64,000 nucleotides of DNA from the NCBI GenBank assembly GCA_976551045.1, contig CDPCPM010000247.1, positions 186,001 to 250,000 on the forward strand. Reading direction: 5' to 3'. This document shows positions 51,067 to 64,000 of the stretch, piece by piece. The notes under the pieces were generated by a model that did no database searches, had not been told where the DNA came from, and worked only from the letters and a program-made list of their open reading frames with translations. How positions within the stretch are numbered: position 1 is the stretch's first letter; each line of letters opens with the position of its first letter. Origin of the DNA: Glaucostegus cemiculus. Its lineage: Eukaryota. Made by a program: the position numbers and the translations under genes.

Positions 51067-53211
51067 ATATTTTTATTGTTGGTCAGAACCTTGCTGGGAC
51101 AGGTTTTTTATTGTGGTGAAAAGGTGCTCAATGGTTCTGCATCTATTTGGAAGTCTAGATTTAAAATGGTAAAGCCCAACAAAATACAAATAATTCACCA
51201 AAATAAATCTAAATGGGCATTGGGTAGGGGCTGGAATTTTAACTTATGGAAAGGACTGTGTTGCATACTCTACATTAAGAAAGCAATTTTCAGCATTCAG
51301 GCACTAAAGAATCTCCATAATGGCCAAGATGGGGTTGAAGCTTTGGCTTGGAAGGAGACACCACACCACCCTGGTAGATGAGCTGAAGCCTGCACTGGGA
51401 ACTGCCACCTGGAGTCCAGTTAAACAGCTGGCTGCCACCTAAAATTCCCTCCTACTGCTCTTTAAAGAAATTGCAATACATTTTGGTGGCTAACACTTTC
51501 TGGTTGGTTTACTAATTATGCCACATCAGTGGTAGCAGCCCTGTTGAAACCATAACATTCTGCAGAATATCTCATCATACTTAAACCCTTTGGCTGCATT
51601 ATCAATCAGATATTTGCCATGCCAGCACCTTATGAGTGGAAACAATTAATGTATGGAAGGGATTGTCTTCAAATCCAAAGTACAATGAAAAATTTAACTA
51701 TTGTACCACAAAATTCAAGCATTGCCTTTTAAACTTGTAACAAGAAATCCTGTGAATGTACAATGTGAAATGTTGTAAATAATACAATAATATGCCACAG
51801 CAAAAATTTAAAATATCTTTTCTTTCTGTTATAATAAATATTACATACATTAATAAATAATAGCTTTAATGTAAGTCAGATTCCCTAAAGGTGATGGACA
51901 AGCACACAATCTATCCTATCACACAATGAACAATGAACTGAAATATATCACAAAATATTGATTATATATTGAAATTCTTTAGGTGCCACTTATTGAGAGA
52001 ATTGTGATTTAATGAAAAGTGTGCATTATTGGACCGATTATCAGACTTATGTAAAAACTAACAAGATGACAATTCACTTAACAGAGACCACAGATGATTT
52101 TTACCCTAGTGTTATTTTTTAACAATCCTACAGAATGATTTGTTAAGTCAAATCTAAGCAGAGCTAGTTTAACAAACATCCTCTAGAGGAAAACTGGGAG
52201 CAATAACAAATACTGTAAGTACATCCCTAAGGAACATTATGCCCCTCTGATTGACTGTTACTTTTCTCAATGTACCTTGATATCTCAATGAAAACTATAT
52301 ACATTATAAAATTTCTGGTCTCCTCTGCAGAATATCTGTTCTCACTTTCTTCTTTCTTCCACTGCTCTTTGAAACAAAGCCATTTACCATCAGGTGTTGC
52401 TCTTCTGTTGTGTTAAATATATTGCTGTCATGATGTGAAGTATTCTAATTCTAATCAAAATTATATTTATGACAAAAGAAAATATAAAATTTCTGAAGAC
52501 CTATTCTAAACTAAAGTGATCTATAAATTCAGATACATTTAAAAACATTTGTGCATGAAAACTCAATATAAAAACCTACTCTGCTTTCTTTAATCTACCA
52601 AAAGCTTATTAACAGCAATGATAGTAATGGTCAATGCACTCCATGAATCTGAATTATCTACAATAAAGTCGAAATGCTTCTATCAAACTGCCTTAAAATT
52701 TGGTGAGTTTTATAATTTAGAAATTAAGTTATTAAAGCTGTGCCCTTGATGTCCAAAGATACACAATTTTCATCAATCAAATATTCACCAAATCACTAGA
52801 AAATTAGTTGTCAGTAATTGTAAAGTCATTTTGTGTATTTCTGTCTTCAAGCCAGAATAAGTCTATTGTTGATTTGTCAGGTATGTCAGCTCTCTGCTGA
52901 GGGTTGACTGATGAATTCTAGGAGCTAATCCCCAAAAATTTTCTAGCAGCATATGTCATGGATAGACTGGTAACAAAACAAGTTTAAGATAACCAAGGTC
53001 AGTAATTTATCATTACCAAACAGAAGATTGAAGATTTGAAGAAACGTGAAATGATATTGAAAAGTAACAAACCCAAAGTATTGGATACTCATGAAAGGGC
53101 AGGTAATTGTCCAGATCTGAATGACTCAGATTTCAGCAAGTCACTTGGTGACTAGAGGGAGAGAAGTGAGAGAACACTTCATAGACTATTCAACTGTATC
53201 TTCCGATGGAT

Positions 53212-53303
53212 AAGAGATAAGATATCTTTGTAAGTCACATGTACATTGAAACACATAGTGAAGTGCATGTTTTGCGTAGGGTGTTCTGGGGGCAGCCTGC
53301 AAG
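53212..53303 (-). mobile_element. 3' fragment of the same SINE family within the presumed IQSEC3 3' UTR
   Basis: gtcacatgtacattgaaacacatagtgaa..gtgttctgggggcagcctgcaagt matches the 32371 copy. Confidence 0.75.
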
Positions 53304-53608
53304 TAAACTGGCTATTGACATTATCCATGGAATCAGGCATAAGTAATAACTACCCTGCATTCTTGATTGACACTGAATTTAGGGCAAAGAGGATTAGAAG
53401 CTAGGGGAGAGATAACTTTGGTCAGAGAACACTGGAAAAATAAAAAAATAATTGTAAAATATTACCATGCCTACTGGAGATTTACCAAAGAAAGACAAAA
53501 TTGCCATTTAAATGATAGGAAAGGATAGATGAAAGGTGAATTTAGTTAGAAATGGACCTGTGAATCAAAAACATGCTTAATCTGGCTTTAAAACTGTGCA
53601 ATGTAAGG

Positions 53609-54043
53609 TTACACTAAGCTGCGTGATCCACTGGAATATCTACGTCTGTGTACAAAAGGATTGGGAGGACAATACTGGTGAGGGTGGTTGTAGGGTGGAG
53701 GTGGAGGTGGCAGGGGGGGCTGGTGACCGGCTTTCACAGGTGTTCCTTGAAGCCTGTCTTCAATTAATTTTTGAGGCGTTGAGCAGGTGGAGTTGGCGTC
53801 TGTTCCCATTTGATGAGTGGGGGTCTCACTCTGAGGGCTGTCCAGCTTGTCAGGTTTCACAGGGAGCACGATGACATTCACAATCTGTTGGCACTGGAGT
53901 AACGTTTCAGGGAGATGATCCACAGCTCCTGATGCTGTTGAGTTTTCTTGCTTGATGTTAAGGAGGGTACTTTGCTGGACTGCACATTCCTGGTTCCCCA
54001 CTGAATTGTGCTGGTAGGCTTGAAGCCTGTTTTGAATTGACAC
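53609..54043 (-). CDS. IQSEC3: IQ motif and Sec7 domain ArfGEF 3 (synArfGEF/BRAG3), last coding exon
   Basis: tatttctaacctag|[56 protein letters not shown]. Matches the IQSEC3 C-terminus as I recall it, including the class I PDZ-binding SLV. Confidence 0.9.
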   Translation of the reverse strand: MSIQNRLQAYQHNSVGNQECAVQQSTLLNIKQENSTASGAVDHLPETLLQCQQIVNVIVLPVKPDKLDSPQSETPTHQMGTDANSTCSTPQKLIEDRLQGTPVKAGHQPPLPPPPPPYNHPHQYCPPNPFVHRRRYSSGSRSLV

Positions 54044-57000
54044 CTAGGTTAGAAATAGTCAACATATTGTTACTTCGAATGTTAATCAATTCACGCATTA
54101 CATTTGTGCTTAGCTAGTGCACTGGAGAGAAAGGCAAGTAATTATTTCAAGGGATTTTCATTACAATGTACTTAGCAATTGTTTCAGAAGTGATTCCTGA
54201 CCTCATAAATCTGAAACAGTGCTCTTCTGTCACCGAAATGAGACTTCCTATTGTCTACAGTACAAGAAAGAGGTCCTGTCACCAAGAGTGACCAGAGTAT
54301 TGTCTGGAAGTTCAACAGATGTTTTTTTACAGTGTAATGTAGTTGAAAATCTATTTTTCTATGAGTGAGGTCTGATGCAAACATTTCAGGTCCACATCGT
54401 ATCGCTCAGACAATTCAACCAGGCAATTCCTGTTGTGAGTCACCTGAGATTTTCTTGAAGGGCCATTGAGAGCCCATCTGCACGTTAGATTCAGCAGCCA
54501 GCTCAGCCATTCTGAACCTGGGCCTTATGACGATGCCACTAGCGGTCTGCTGCCCTGAAGCAGGCTGATAACCATGAAACTACCAAACTGGCATGCACTA
54601 ATATCCTTTAGGAAAGGAAATCTACCTTTCTTACCCTGATGTGGCTGTTATGTACCTCCGGATGTATGAGCCTTCACTACCTTCTCACTTCAGAGGTAAT
54701 TAGTGTGGTCTAATAACCCATGAATAAATAATGAATAATAAACATGATTGCACACTATAGGGCAGATTGTGGGCCAAACCAGCCTGCGGCCAGACCCATC
54801 TATGGAGGCAGCAGGTACTTCTTTGGGTGTGTCCAGGGAGGTGGGCATCGACAGCACTATTGTGATGAATATTCCTGCTTCCTTTGGACTATCAAAATAG
54901 TTTATCACTGATGTATTTGAACTTCTTCAACCCAGAAACCTGGACAGATCAAGAATTTTGTTTATATGTAGGAACCCTGATTTTTATATTAAAAGGTCAA
55001 TAAACAATATCCTCACAAAGGGTTGGTTCCTATTTAGGATGGTCTTGACTGGAATGGGGTAGAAAGTGGTAACCTAAAAACTACAGGGTCAGCAGCTCTG
55101 TCCCAGCCCAGCGTGGCACTGAAAATCTCCATCCTCTCTCATACCTTGGTTTGTGTACAGAATCAGTGCACAGAGGAGATTATCCTGGAAATGACCCATC
55201 CAAAGCCTGTGTGCCACTTTTTCTAACATCATGAAAATTTTCTGAAGCTAGTTGCAAAGATACAATTCCCTCCAGTTTCTCTCTGCTGCACAATTTAACA
55301 TAGGACATTCCCTGCATAATCCAGGGAATAAAAGGGTAGAGAAGAAGCAGCCATGTTGAAGCTGCAAATGCTGAGTGCAAATCAGCATCAGAGAGGCTGT
55401 GCTCTGTATTTACAGCTGTCTACACTGGGCTCAATGAAAGGCGGCCAGCTTCAGCTTTGGTTCGTTTTCATTTCCTGATGAACACCAGGATTTAAACAGT
55501 TATTTAAACAGATATAAACAGTTATTCATAACTGCTCAACATAATCAGTATCAATATCATTAGTTATCGTCACAGGTCACTTTGAATCACAGACATATGA
55601 AGTCCCATTTGTATTTTTGTCCAGATGGCAGAACTAGTCACAATTTTGTCCTGCTTTAAAACTGATTCAAAAATTTCTGTCAGAGTAATGGCAAGGCTAA
55701 TAGAGCGCAGTGCAAGTGTAATGGCACCTTCAGTCAAGGGCAGACACACAATTAGACCCAGAAGTCGACAATTTTCTGTTGGAGATTCATCACTTCAATG
55801 CTCATTCAAATGCAGCGAGCAGCATGAACTTGCTGCACTTACAAAGCAGATGTGAAGTCAACTTGGCACAGAAAGTTAAATCATATAATTTCAATGGAAG
55901 TATATTCTTAATGACATAGTAAATGTTAATTACTGCTTGTCATTGCTATTGACACTGAAAATGAACTATTACAAGTCTGCAATATTTTTAATTATTATTA
56001 GGGATTATAAATGATACAGACTACTTTCTGACTTTTTTTCTTTCCCTCCTTTTCCATACTTTCTATTTCCTTTCTATGCCTGGTATGACATTGAATTAAC
56101 AGATTAACTTGTTTCAAACTCTATTGTGTTCATTTAACAACCCTTCAAATGGATTGGTTAAGGAGAAACACAGATGCTTGTCCCATCATACAGAACCATA
56201 CAGGACAGCCATTTCCATTCTCACTGCCAGTAAAAAAAAAGAGCAAGGACTCATGGAAAAATGGAAGTGAAATGGTCACAGGCAAAACTAAGTTTAATGG
56301 TCTGCCATTGTGATTTTCGCTCACTGTTACGTGCAATGTAGATTGTGATGCCACAGTCAGAATTGGTTCATTACTTTTATTTAACAACATTTTAAAAAAA
56401 ACCTGTAGAATGTGTGGGTGAGACTGGTATGGTAGGTTCTCCCAATCTCCCACCATATCTTCAGGAGAAAACCCTGAACATGGTGTAATTAACCAGTTAT
56501 ATCCTTGTAGACTTCCACATATTTCCTCTTATGTTTGAACAAACATTGGGAAACCCCTCCTGACTGTAACTCTCTCTGCTGCTCCAATTTCACAGCTGGA
56601 TGGTCATTTATTGTTTTACAATCACATAGCATAACTCAAAAAGTATTGAAACTTGAGATATTTCTCTCACATTAAGGTTCCATTGAGGAATGGGTTAAAG
56701 GATAAGTGTTCTGTGTGGTAAATCTGCCATGATCAGCACTCATTTTAAGTACGTTTTCATAACTGAGGGTGCGGGATCACAAAATTAGCCTTATCATCAC
56801 ATTACAGATAATGCAATGCATCTGTCTTCTTTGCTGCAGCAAAACAATGTTATCACCATTTACAATAATCCTCTATGTAATGAATAAACTATTGGTGAGG
56901 CTCACTTGGTTTTGTGGAAAACCATTGGTGTAAAAAAAGGAAATCTAAGGAAAGATATTAAGTTTGGCAGTGACTGTGACATAGAGATGCAATGCTAATA

Positions 57001-59199
57001 TTGGTAAATTGAAAAAGAATATCAGGAGATTCTAACAATGAGCAGTGATCAATGCACTCAGTACATCACAATATACTATGAAAACAGTATCATAGAAATA
57101 TTGCCAACTCTATCTCTCCTCGTGTGCAGAGAAAGGACAAACATCTCAAAAAGGGAGGGAGATTTAGTGGTGATATAGGGGGAGAACACTTTCCAAACTA
57201 AATCTGTGGACACGGTGGTCAAAGAACAAAGTAGTCTAAACAGGCTTCGTGCATAGGTTCCTTGTAGTGAAGCAGAACATTTAACAGTTGTAGAAATACA
57301 TTAGAAATTTAAAAGAAACATGCATACTATTACTATAAATATGAAATCTCACAATCCAAGCACATTCAGTTCATGCCAGGTACATGGCTGGATGGGTCTG
57401 GTCAGTCAAGGTGAGCAAATCCTTCTGTCCTTCCTGTCCAAAGTCTTCTCCCCCATTCTGATCTCCTGTCACCTCCTGGATCTCCTTCCTTCCATCCCCA
57501 CACCATCCTATTCTCCCCATACCCTGCAACACCATCATTCTCTCCCTTCAATCTATTCCCCTCTCCTTCAGATCCCATCCTGATCCCATGGCAATCCCAG
57601 CATTCTCTCCCTCACATACCTTTCCCTCTGCCATCCTCTAATTCCTGCTTTCCTCCAATTCCAATAAGTAATCTCCTGACAATGGTTTGTCCTGATCTCC
57701 TAACTTCTCCATACTTTAGGCAGTCTGGTGCTTGATTAAAGCAGTTGTTGCAAGGCCTCAGCTAAGTGCATGGAGGATTGTATTATGGAATGTGAGGCAG
57801 GACAGTCTTCGGGTCCCCAGGCTTGGTTGCAAACTCAGAGGAATATATCGTTTTTACTAATAGACAACATCAGTATATTTGTACAGGGATAGGTTCTGTG
57901 AACCCAGATCTTCCCGGGATTCTGATTGCTGGGGTTCCTTTGACAAAAATAGACATGCTGTTGCCCTACTGCAGGTAGCCTACTGATAGTTCCTGGCGAA
58001 ATAAATCTTTCATGGCCTGATTATTTGCACTCATCTTGTCCCTCTATAATGTTGATCTGGTGCACATGATGTTATTCTGAGCATTTGTTTCTGGGAGTTT
58101 GCAAAACACTTTCAAGCAGGTTGTTTTTGGAACTGCTGGGAGTGGCTGGTCTGTAAATATAACACTGGGCAAATCCTCATCACAGTAGGTGCTGTAATAA
58201 CCTTGCAGCTTATATTGCTGTAATCCTTTTCTCTGTTGGACACCAATGTTATCACTTACTAACTCATTTTATACTTTTCCTTTTTGAATAATTTACAACA
58301 TGGATAAATACGATCCAAGTTTTTCTCAGTACATCTTTTACCATTTGGAGTAAATAATTAAGTCCGATGAACCTTGTGTAATTCATCAAATTACTATTAA
58401 CTAACAGAGACCAGTCATTACTTAATCATTGACTATAACCAAGATTGAATCTAATTTTGGACTTGGGGAGTATATGGGGATACCACAGGAAATTGTAGAT
58501 GAGATGGGAGTTAAACCATGACCTTAAACAATGATGGAGCCTACTGGAAGGGCTTTTTCATTCCTCTGCTCCTAGTTCTTACATTCACTTGTTTTAACGG
58601 TGTAGAGATCTACAAGTTTTACTATTGTCTTATCTAAAATGAACTGGATCAATGCTGCTTAAAGAAGGACATTTTGATTCATTCAAAAGCAAGGAAAGAT
58701 GGGAAGTCATTCTTCTGAATGTTATGACAAGCTCATGTGCAGCTGCTCATGGACATACATGTGACCTACATTTTCCCCAAACACATTCTATGAAGATTAT
58801 TAGATATTACTCGAAGAAATGCTACATAACGACTCAGCATAAAATTCAGCAGGACATTGCAGCTTTGAATAAATATCTTTTTTGTTTTATTTTATTTTTT
58901 TAATTTCTCCCATCTCTCTGCTCATCAGACTATTCTTAAAATGTTGTAAGTATATACAAAATGCACTGCTTCCAAAACCTAAACATTTTACAAAGTAATC
59001 CTGCACAATTTTCCTTTATTCAGGATAAAAAGGGTAAATACACTAATAGAAAAGTGACAAGTATTGGGGAGGAGAGAAAGGAGAGCAGAGAAATAAAAAC
59101 GTTGTTAGGTGAGGTAGATAAGTGTTGGGGTATTGGAAAAGAGACAAGGAAAAGGAAAGAGACTCTGTGATTCTAGAGTTTGGCAGAGGTAAATGATTC

Positions 59200-59945
59200 T
59201 ATATCTGAGAAGCAGAGGACAAAGTGAGAGCACCGGAGGGAGCACCCAGCAAAGTCGAGAGTGATAGTAACAACTGTTGTACTTGCACAATGCCCATAAC
59301 GTAACATCTCAGACACTTCATTGGAGTGATAGCAACCTAAATGAGACAAGAGTTTGGTCAAAAATATGGGTCTAAAATAACATCTTAAAGAACAGAAAGA
59401 AGTTAGAGCGGTGGAGACATTTCAGGAAGGAACTTCAACACTGTCTTTGCGTCTGAAAGCCCAGCGCTGACAATGGAGCAATTCAACTCAGGGGTGTACA
59501 AGAGGTCAGCGTTGGAGGAGCACAGATATATCAGAGGGTTGTAGGGCTGGAGGAAATTTACAGACTGAACGAGAGAAAAGATTTCAAATTAGAGTATTTT
59601 AGAATCAAAGTATTCCTTAATGAGGCAGCAGTGTCAGCCAGTTAGCACGCTGATGATGCATGAATGGAAATTACTGTGAATTAGTTCACAACCAGCAGTG
59701 CTTCTGGTGTTTTGGTAACTGAGGATGGAAGGTGGAAGGCCTGGCTGGAGTGTGTTTAAATAATCTGTCCGAGTAATAAAGGTTTGGATGAGCTGATACT
59801 TGAGCACAGTTTGGGAATGTAAAATGGGTGGGGAATTTGTGAACCTGCTTTTAATGTGCAGATGTGGAAGGACAATGAAGTTGCAGGCAACCTGGTTTAG
59901 TTTTGGACTGTTTCCATGGAGAATGGAATCAGAAGCTGGCAAAGA
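59200..59945 (-). mobile_element. Old L2-like LINE fragment
   Basis: LIQTFITRTDYLNTLQPGLPPSIL..QNT resembles the L2 LIHAFITSRLDY.N.LL.GLP motif. Confidence 0.6.
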
Positions 59946-60593
59946 ATTGGGGACTGAAAACAATGACTTCAATTTTCTTAATTAAAATGACTAAGAAACA
60001 GAGCATTGGGATAGTTACAAACAACTGTCTAAAATTAATAAGGAGAAAGTGGACGAAGCAAGATGGAGAAACATTAGAACAAAGCAAAATAAGCAAGCAG
60101 AAAATTATTAATAATGAAAGAAGCTTTATGGATGTGTGACCAAGTGAAGGAAAAGATGCAATCAGATTGTGAAAGCAGAAAAAGCCTTGTGGCAAAACGA
60201 TACAACCTGAAAGATGACAGCAAGATAACCTGATGGTGGGACAATGTTGAGCTACAGGTACAGAAATAACATGAATATAAAGTGCCTGATTGTAAGTGCA
60301 TATTAAGAAGCTGACACGCTGTAAAGATAGAGGCATGAGTTGTAATGGAGAGAAAACATTGGTCAGAATAGTGAATATTTTTGAAGGAAATAGGAATAGC
60401 AATGGGAGACAGAGAAAGATTTCAAAATAGGTGTAAAATGTAAGAGTATGTTGCAGAAGAAAGAAAGGCGACAGATACTTGAAAATTATTGATGAGATAA
60501 GAAAGAAAATCATACCCTAACAGCAAAGGCAAGAAGAATAAAATAAGATGTTGAGTAGTATTGAGACAAGGAGAGAAAGAAATGAAAAGAGAG

Positions 60594-60760
60594 NNNNNNN
60601 NNNNNNNNNNNNNNNNNNNNNNNNNNNNNNNNNNNNNNNNNNNNNNNNNNNNNNNNNNNNNNNNNNNNNNNNNNNNNNNNNNNNNNNNNNNNNNNNNNNN
60701 NNNNNNNNNNNNNNNNNNNNNNNNNNNNNNNNNNNNNNNNNNNNNNNNNNNNNNNNNNNN
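60594..60760. other. Assembly gap (167 N)
   Basis: Run of n. Confidence 1.
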
Positions 60761-60941
60761 CCCACTGTTCTGGCTGGCTGATTAGTCCAAACGTTGTTCA
60801 ACCTTTTAATGCATAACTTATTTCACATTGCTAATTCTATTTCTAATTTCATTTTAATCACTTATTTAAAAATATGGGCTTTTTCCTTCCTTAATTTGAA
60901 ATAATAATATGGGAAGAGAAATCAATTTGAGAAGGAATTAG

Positions 60942-61545
60942 TCATAGAATCATGGAAACAGATAGCACAGATACAGGCCATTCAACCCATCATGTCCACA
61001 GCAGTCAAAAATTGTGTTTAGGCTATTCTTGTACCTCATGTCTTTGACCACAGCCCTGAAAACTGCAGTTCACTAAGTTCTCCAACTTGTTAAATGTACT
61101 GAGAATTTCTGCCTCCAGACAGCCAGTTCTAGGATCCTACAACCCCTCAGATGATTTTTTCCCCTCATTTCCACTAATCCCTCTATGAATTAATTTAAAT
61201 CTATGTCTTCTAATTATTGACCTCTTTGCCTTGGGAACCAGGTCTTTTCTATTCACCCTGAATAGCCCTTTCATAATCTTACCCATTTCAATTAACTCTC
61301 CCCACAGCTCCCTTCATTCCAAAAAAAAAGCAACCCCAGCCTCATAAGTCAAATTTTCCAACCCCGCAATATGTTTCTAAACTTCCTCTACACATTCTAC
61401 AATGCTGACATATCCTTCCTGTAATATGGTGACCTGCACTGCACACAGAAACTGTGATCCAACTAGTATTTTATATAGTTCCATCATGACCTCCATACTG
61501 TTATTTTCAATGCCATGGTCATAAAGGCAAGTATCCCCAATGTCA
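60942..61545 (-). mobile_element. Old CR1 LINE 3' fragment
   Basis: catagaatcatggaaacagatagcacagatacaggccattcaaccc..atccttcctgtaatatggtgacc, homologous to the other CR1 copies. Confidence 0.75.
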
Positions 61546-63125
61546 CGTAATCAATTGCCAATCTGTTCTCCTACATTTAGCAATATTGCAGGATATTATT
61601 GAAGAGATGGTAAGCATTGTGAAGACAGAAACATGGTCAAAATGAAAACTCAGGGAAGAAAGTAGAATGGGCATAGAAACAGAGGTGAAGTGAAGAAAAA
61701 CAAGAGAGAGAGTCTGCACATTCTTAAGGAGATCAACAGGCTCAATGAGAAACTGGTAACTAAAGAGAGAAGGAAGTTTAGCAGCCCTGGGGGAAGCAAC
61801 CAAACTGATGGGGAATGATGAAAACAGAAGGGAGTCAGAACACCCTGAGAGAAGAAAAGCAGACTCTCACACTGTTGCAATGAGAGAAGCAAACTGAAGA
61901 GAAAATGAAGAACAAATCACAGATGTTAACAAGAATTAAATCAACATGAGAGTTATTCACAGGGTAATGGAGAAAAGAAAAATAGACAGAGGATACAAGC
62001 CACATCAAAAGGAGCAGGGAGGACAGAAGAGAAAGAAAGTTCATTATACATCAGAAGGAAAATAAAAACAAGCTATAAGATAGCAATTGTTGCAGATGAA
62101 AGGACACGGAGATGCACAGGAGATGAATACCTGAGAAAATTGGTAAAACACTGGATGGGAGATAACATATGATAGTGTAGAGCCAGGAAAATGCTGTCTC
62201 ACAGATATACAAACTAAAGGAGATGAGGATTTGCTATGCTAAGAGACTCTGTAACTATGAAGTAACTTATGTAGGGACATTGTGTAGGGAGAAAATGGGA
62301 TTAGTGTAGGAGTAGTCTAAATGGATGCGTGGTGTTGGCATGGGCTGAGTGGAGAGAATGTATTGTTTCCATACTGTATGACTCCATGTTTCTAAACTGG
62401 GAAAGATGAAATGCAGAAGAAAACAATCATTCTGGAAGGGTTGGAATATTAGAAAGGTAAAAATCATTAGAACAAAGAAGAAAGCCACAGAACAGATAAG
62501 ATTATAGAGAAGAGAAAACAATTAGGAATAAAACAGTTCAGGAAATTATGTTGGAGAGAATATAAACAAAGGGGAGAAACAGTGGCTTGCAAGGAAGTAG
62601 CAGAGTGCTCGAAAGGGAGACATTCTTAGACAATGGAAAACAAAATATTGGAAAGCAAAAAACAGAGACTGGAGACAGAAGGAGGAATTTCAGCAATTTC
62701 TGGAGGTGACAGAAAGAAGATGGAACAGGTAGTCATTTAGTAGAGAAACAATTTGAAAGTGATATAGAGTACTATAGAGGATCTGAGTTGGAAAGCAATG
62801 GGAGGGACAACAGACTCTTAGAGAATGAGGTCAGTTTTGTTTTCATTAGATCACCTCTCCCAATTGATTTTAAGCAAATACTGCTCAGTAATATTAGTAG
62901 AAATATGTAAACAAACAATTGATGTTAATACTGATGCAGATTCTTTGTTTGCCTTGACACGCCTTGCTTTAATGATCTAAGGACTTAAACGTGTACAGAG
63001 AATTAAATCCAGTCATGTGTCCTAGAAGGAGCTAAAGGGCCATGCCAGATCTGTGTATTTTATATTAAATTGTAGGCAACTACAAAGCAAAAACACAGAC
63101 CTATTCCAAAGCAGGAGTGTCTTAC

Positions 63126-63172
63126 CTCCACAGCGTTGTTAGTGGTCTTGTTTTCTCCAGACTCTTTTTTGC
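63126..63172 (-). CDS. IQSEC3: IQSEC3 penultimate coding exon
   Basis: ttctttgttttaaag|GC KKESGENKTTNNAVE|gtaaga. 47 nt; the phase-0 end joins VSIQNR, and mammalian IQSEC3 also has ..VE|VSI at this junction as I recall. Confidence 0.75.
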
Positions 63173-64000
63173 CTTTAAAACAAAGAATACATTTTTTGAC
63201 ATCAGTTGAGATGTAGCTGTCCGTAGTGCTGAATTCTAGCTGAGCTGTAGTATTCCAGTCTTTGTTAATCTTCACCAATAGATATTAAAGGGATTGTGTT
63301 TCATTGAGCCGTGCCTCAATTTTTTTTAATGCTTTGGATGGAAAAGCATTTATATTTGCTTGTGGCACTCATTCCCTGCCATGTTCTAGTATTTTGTGGT
63401 CCATTTTCAATGACATCATGAATGACCATATTGTTTACTGCACAGTATTTCTATTCATAATGTTACTTGGCAGCTATTCCTTACATCATTGCCAAAGAGG
63501 CCATACAGAAGCTGTTTTCTCCCAACTGATTTTTGGACAACAATTTGAACCAATAAGGGCAATGTATATACATCATCCATTTTAATATTTAAGATCTATG
63601 AGTAATTTAGTCAAATAACCTTTATTACACTAGTCCTTTTTCAAATTGTTCTTTTTTAAAAATTGGAACTCAGCCACCAATATTAAAATCTAAAAGTTAT
63701 ACAGTTTTATCACAAATACATTATGGACACATTTTATTCTCCTGCTGCATTTTTTTCAAGTTAAGCTATGGCTTCTTTTTGTTTAAGCTTTATTGAAGAA
63801 AATAAAGCTCCAATGAATACAAGACTGACAAAGCCATGTGTATCTATGTCTGGTCAGTTTGGAGAACTAAGATTATCCCCATTGCTCACCATATGCATGA
63901 GTGACTATATACAAAAATACAGGGTCAATGACCCTAATGCCCATGATAAAAGGCAGAGTATTGTGACAAACCAGAGCCAAAGAAAGATCTTGTGGGTACA

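Noticed and set aside
59929-60513. 194-aa hydrophobic minus-strand ORF
   Set aside because: By-product of the T/C-rich complement of the purine-rich tract; no recognisable domain.

Overview
Eukaryotic, AT-rich, intron-containing DNA. The repeat content (CR1 LINEs, V-SINE/HE1-like SINEs, Rex1/Babar, L2, Tc1) points to a cartilaginous fish (inference). Main content: (1) a complete, frame-consistent + strand gene (coding exons 9994-10048, 18781-23795, 28744-28884, 29067-29178, 30887-30960) for a ~1,800-aa secreted protein: signal peptide, a ~1,640-aa Pro/Ser-rich extensin-like region built on an 8-residue period with Tyr-rich ends, and a C-terminal QPD/WND C-type lectin domain. I do not recognise it as a named gene. 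(2) A divergently oriented, decayed ZP1/ZP4(ZPB)-like egg-coat pseudogene on the - strand at ~229-4762. (3) A 206-bp-arm inverted repeat in an intron of gene 1. (4) A CpG-rich promoter-like island at ~44.1-44.9 kb with an E-box/CCAAT minisatellite and an orphan - strand first exon. (5) A rearranged Tc1 relic. (6) The last two coding exons of IQSEC3 on the - strand. Most short ORFs in the supplied track are noise or retroelement debris. Repeat coordinates are approximate; all alignments and translations were done by eye.
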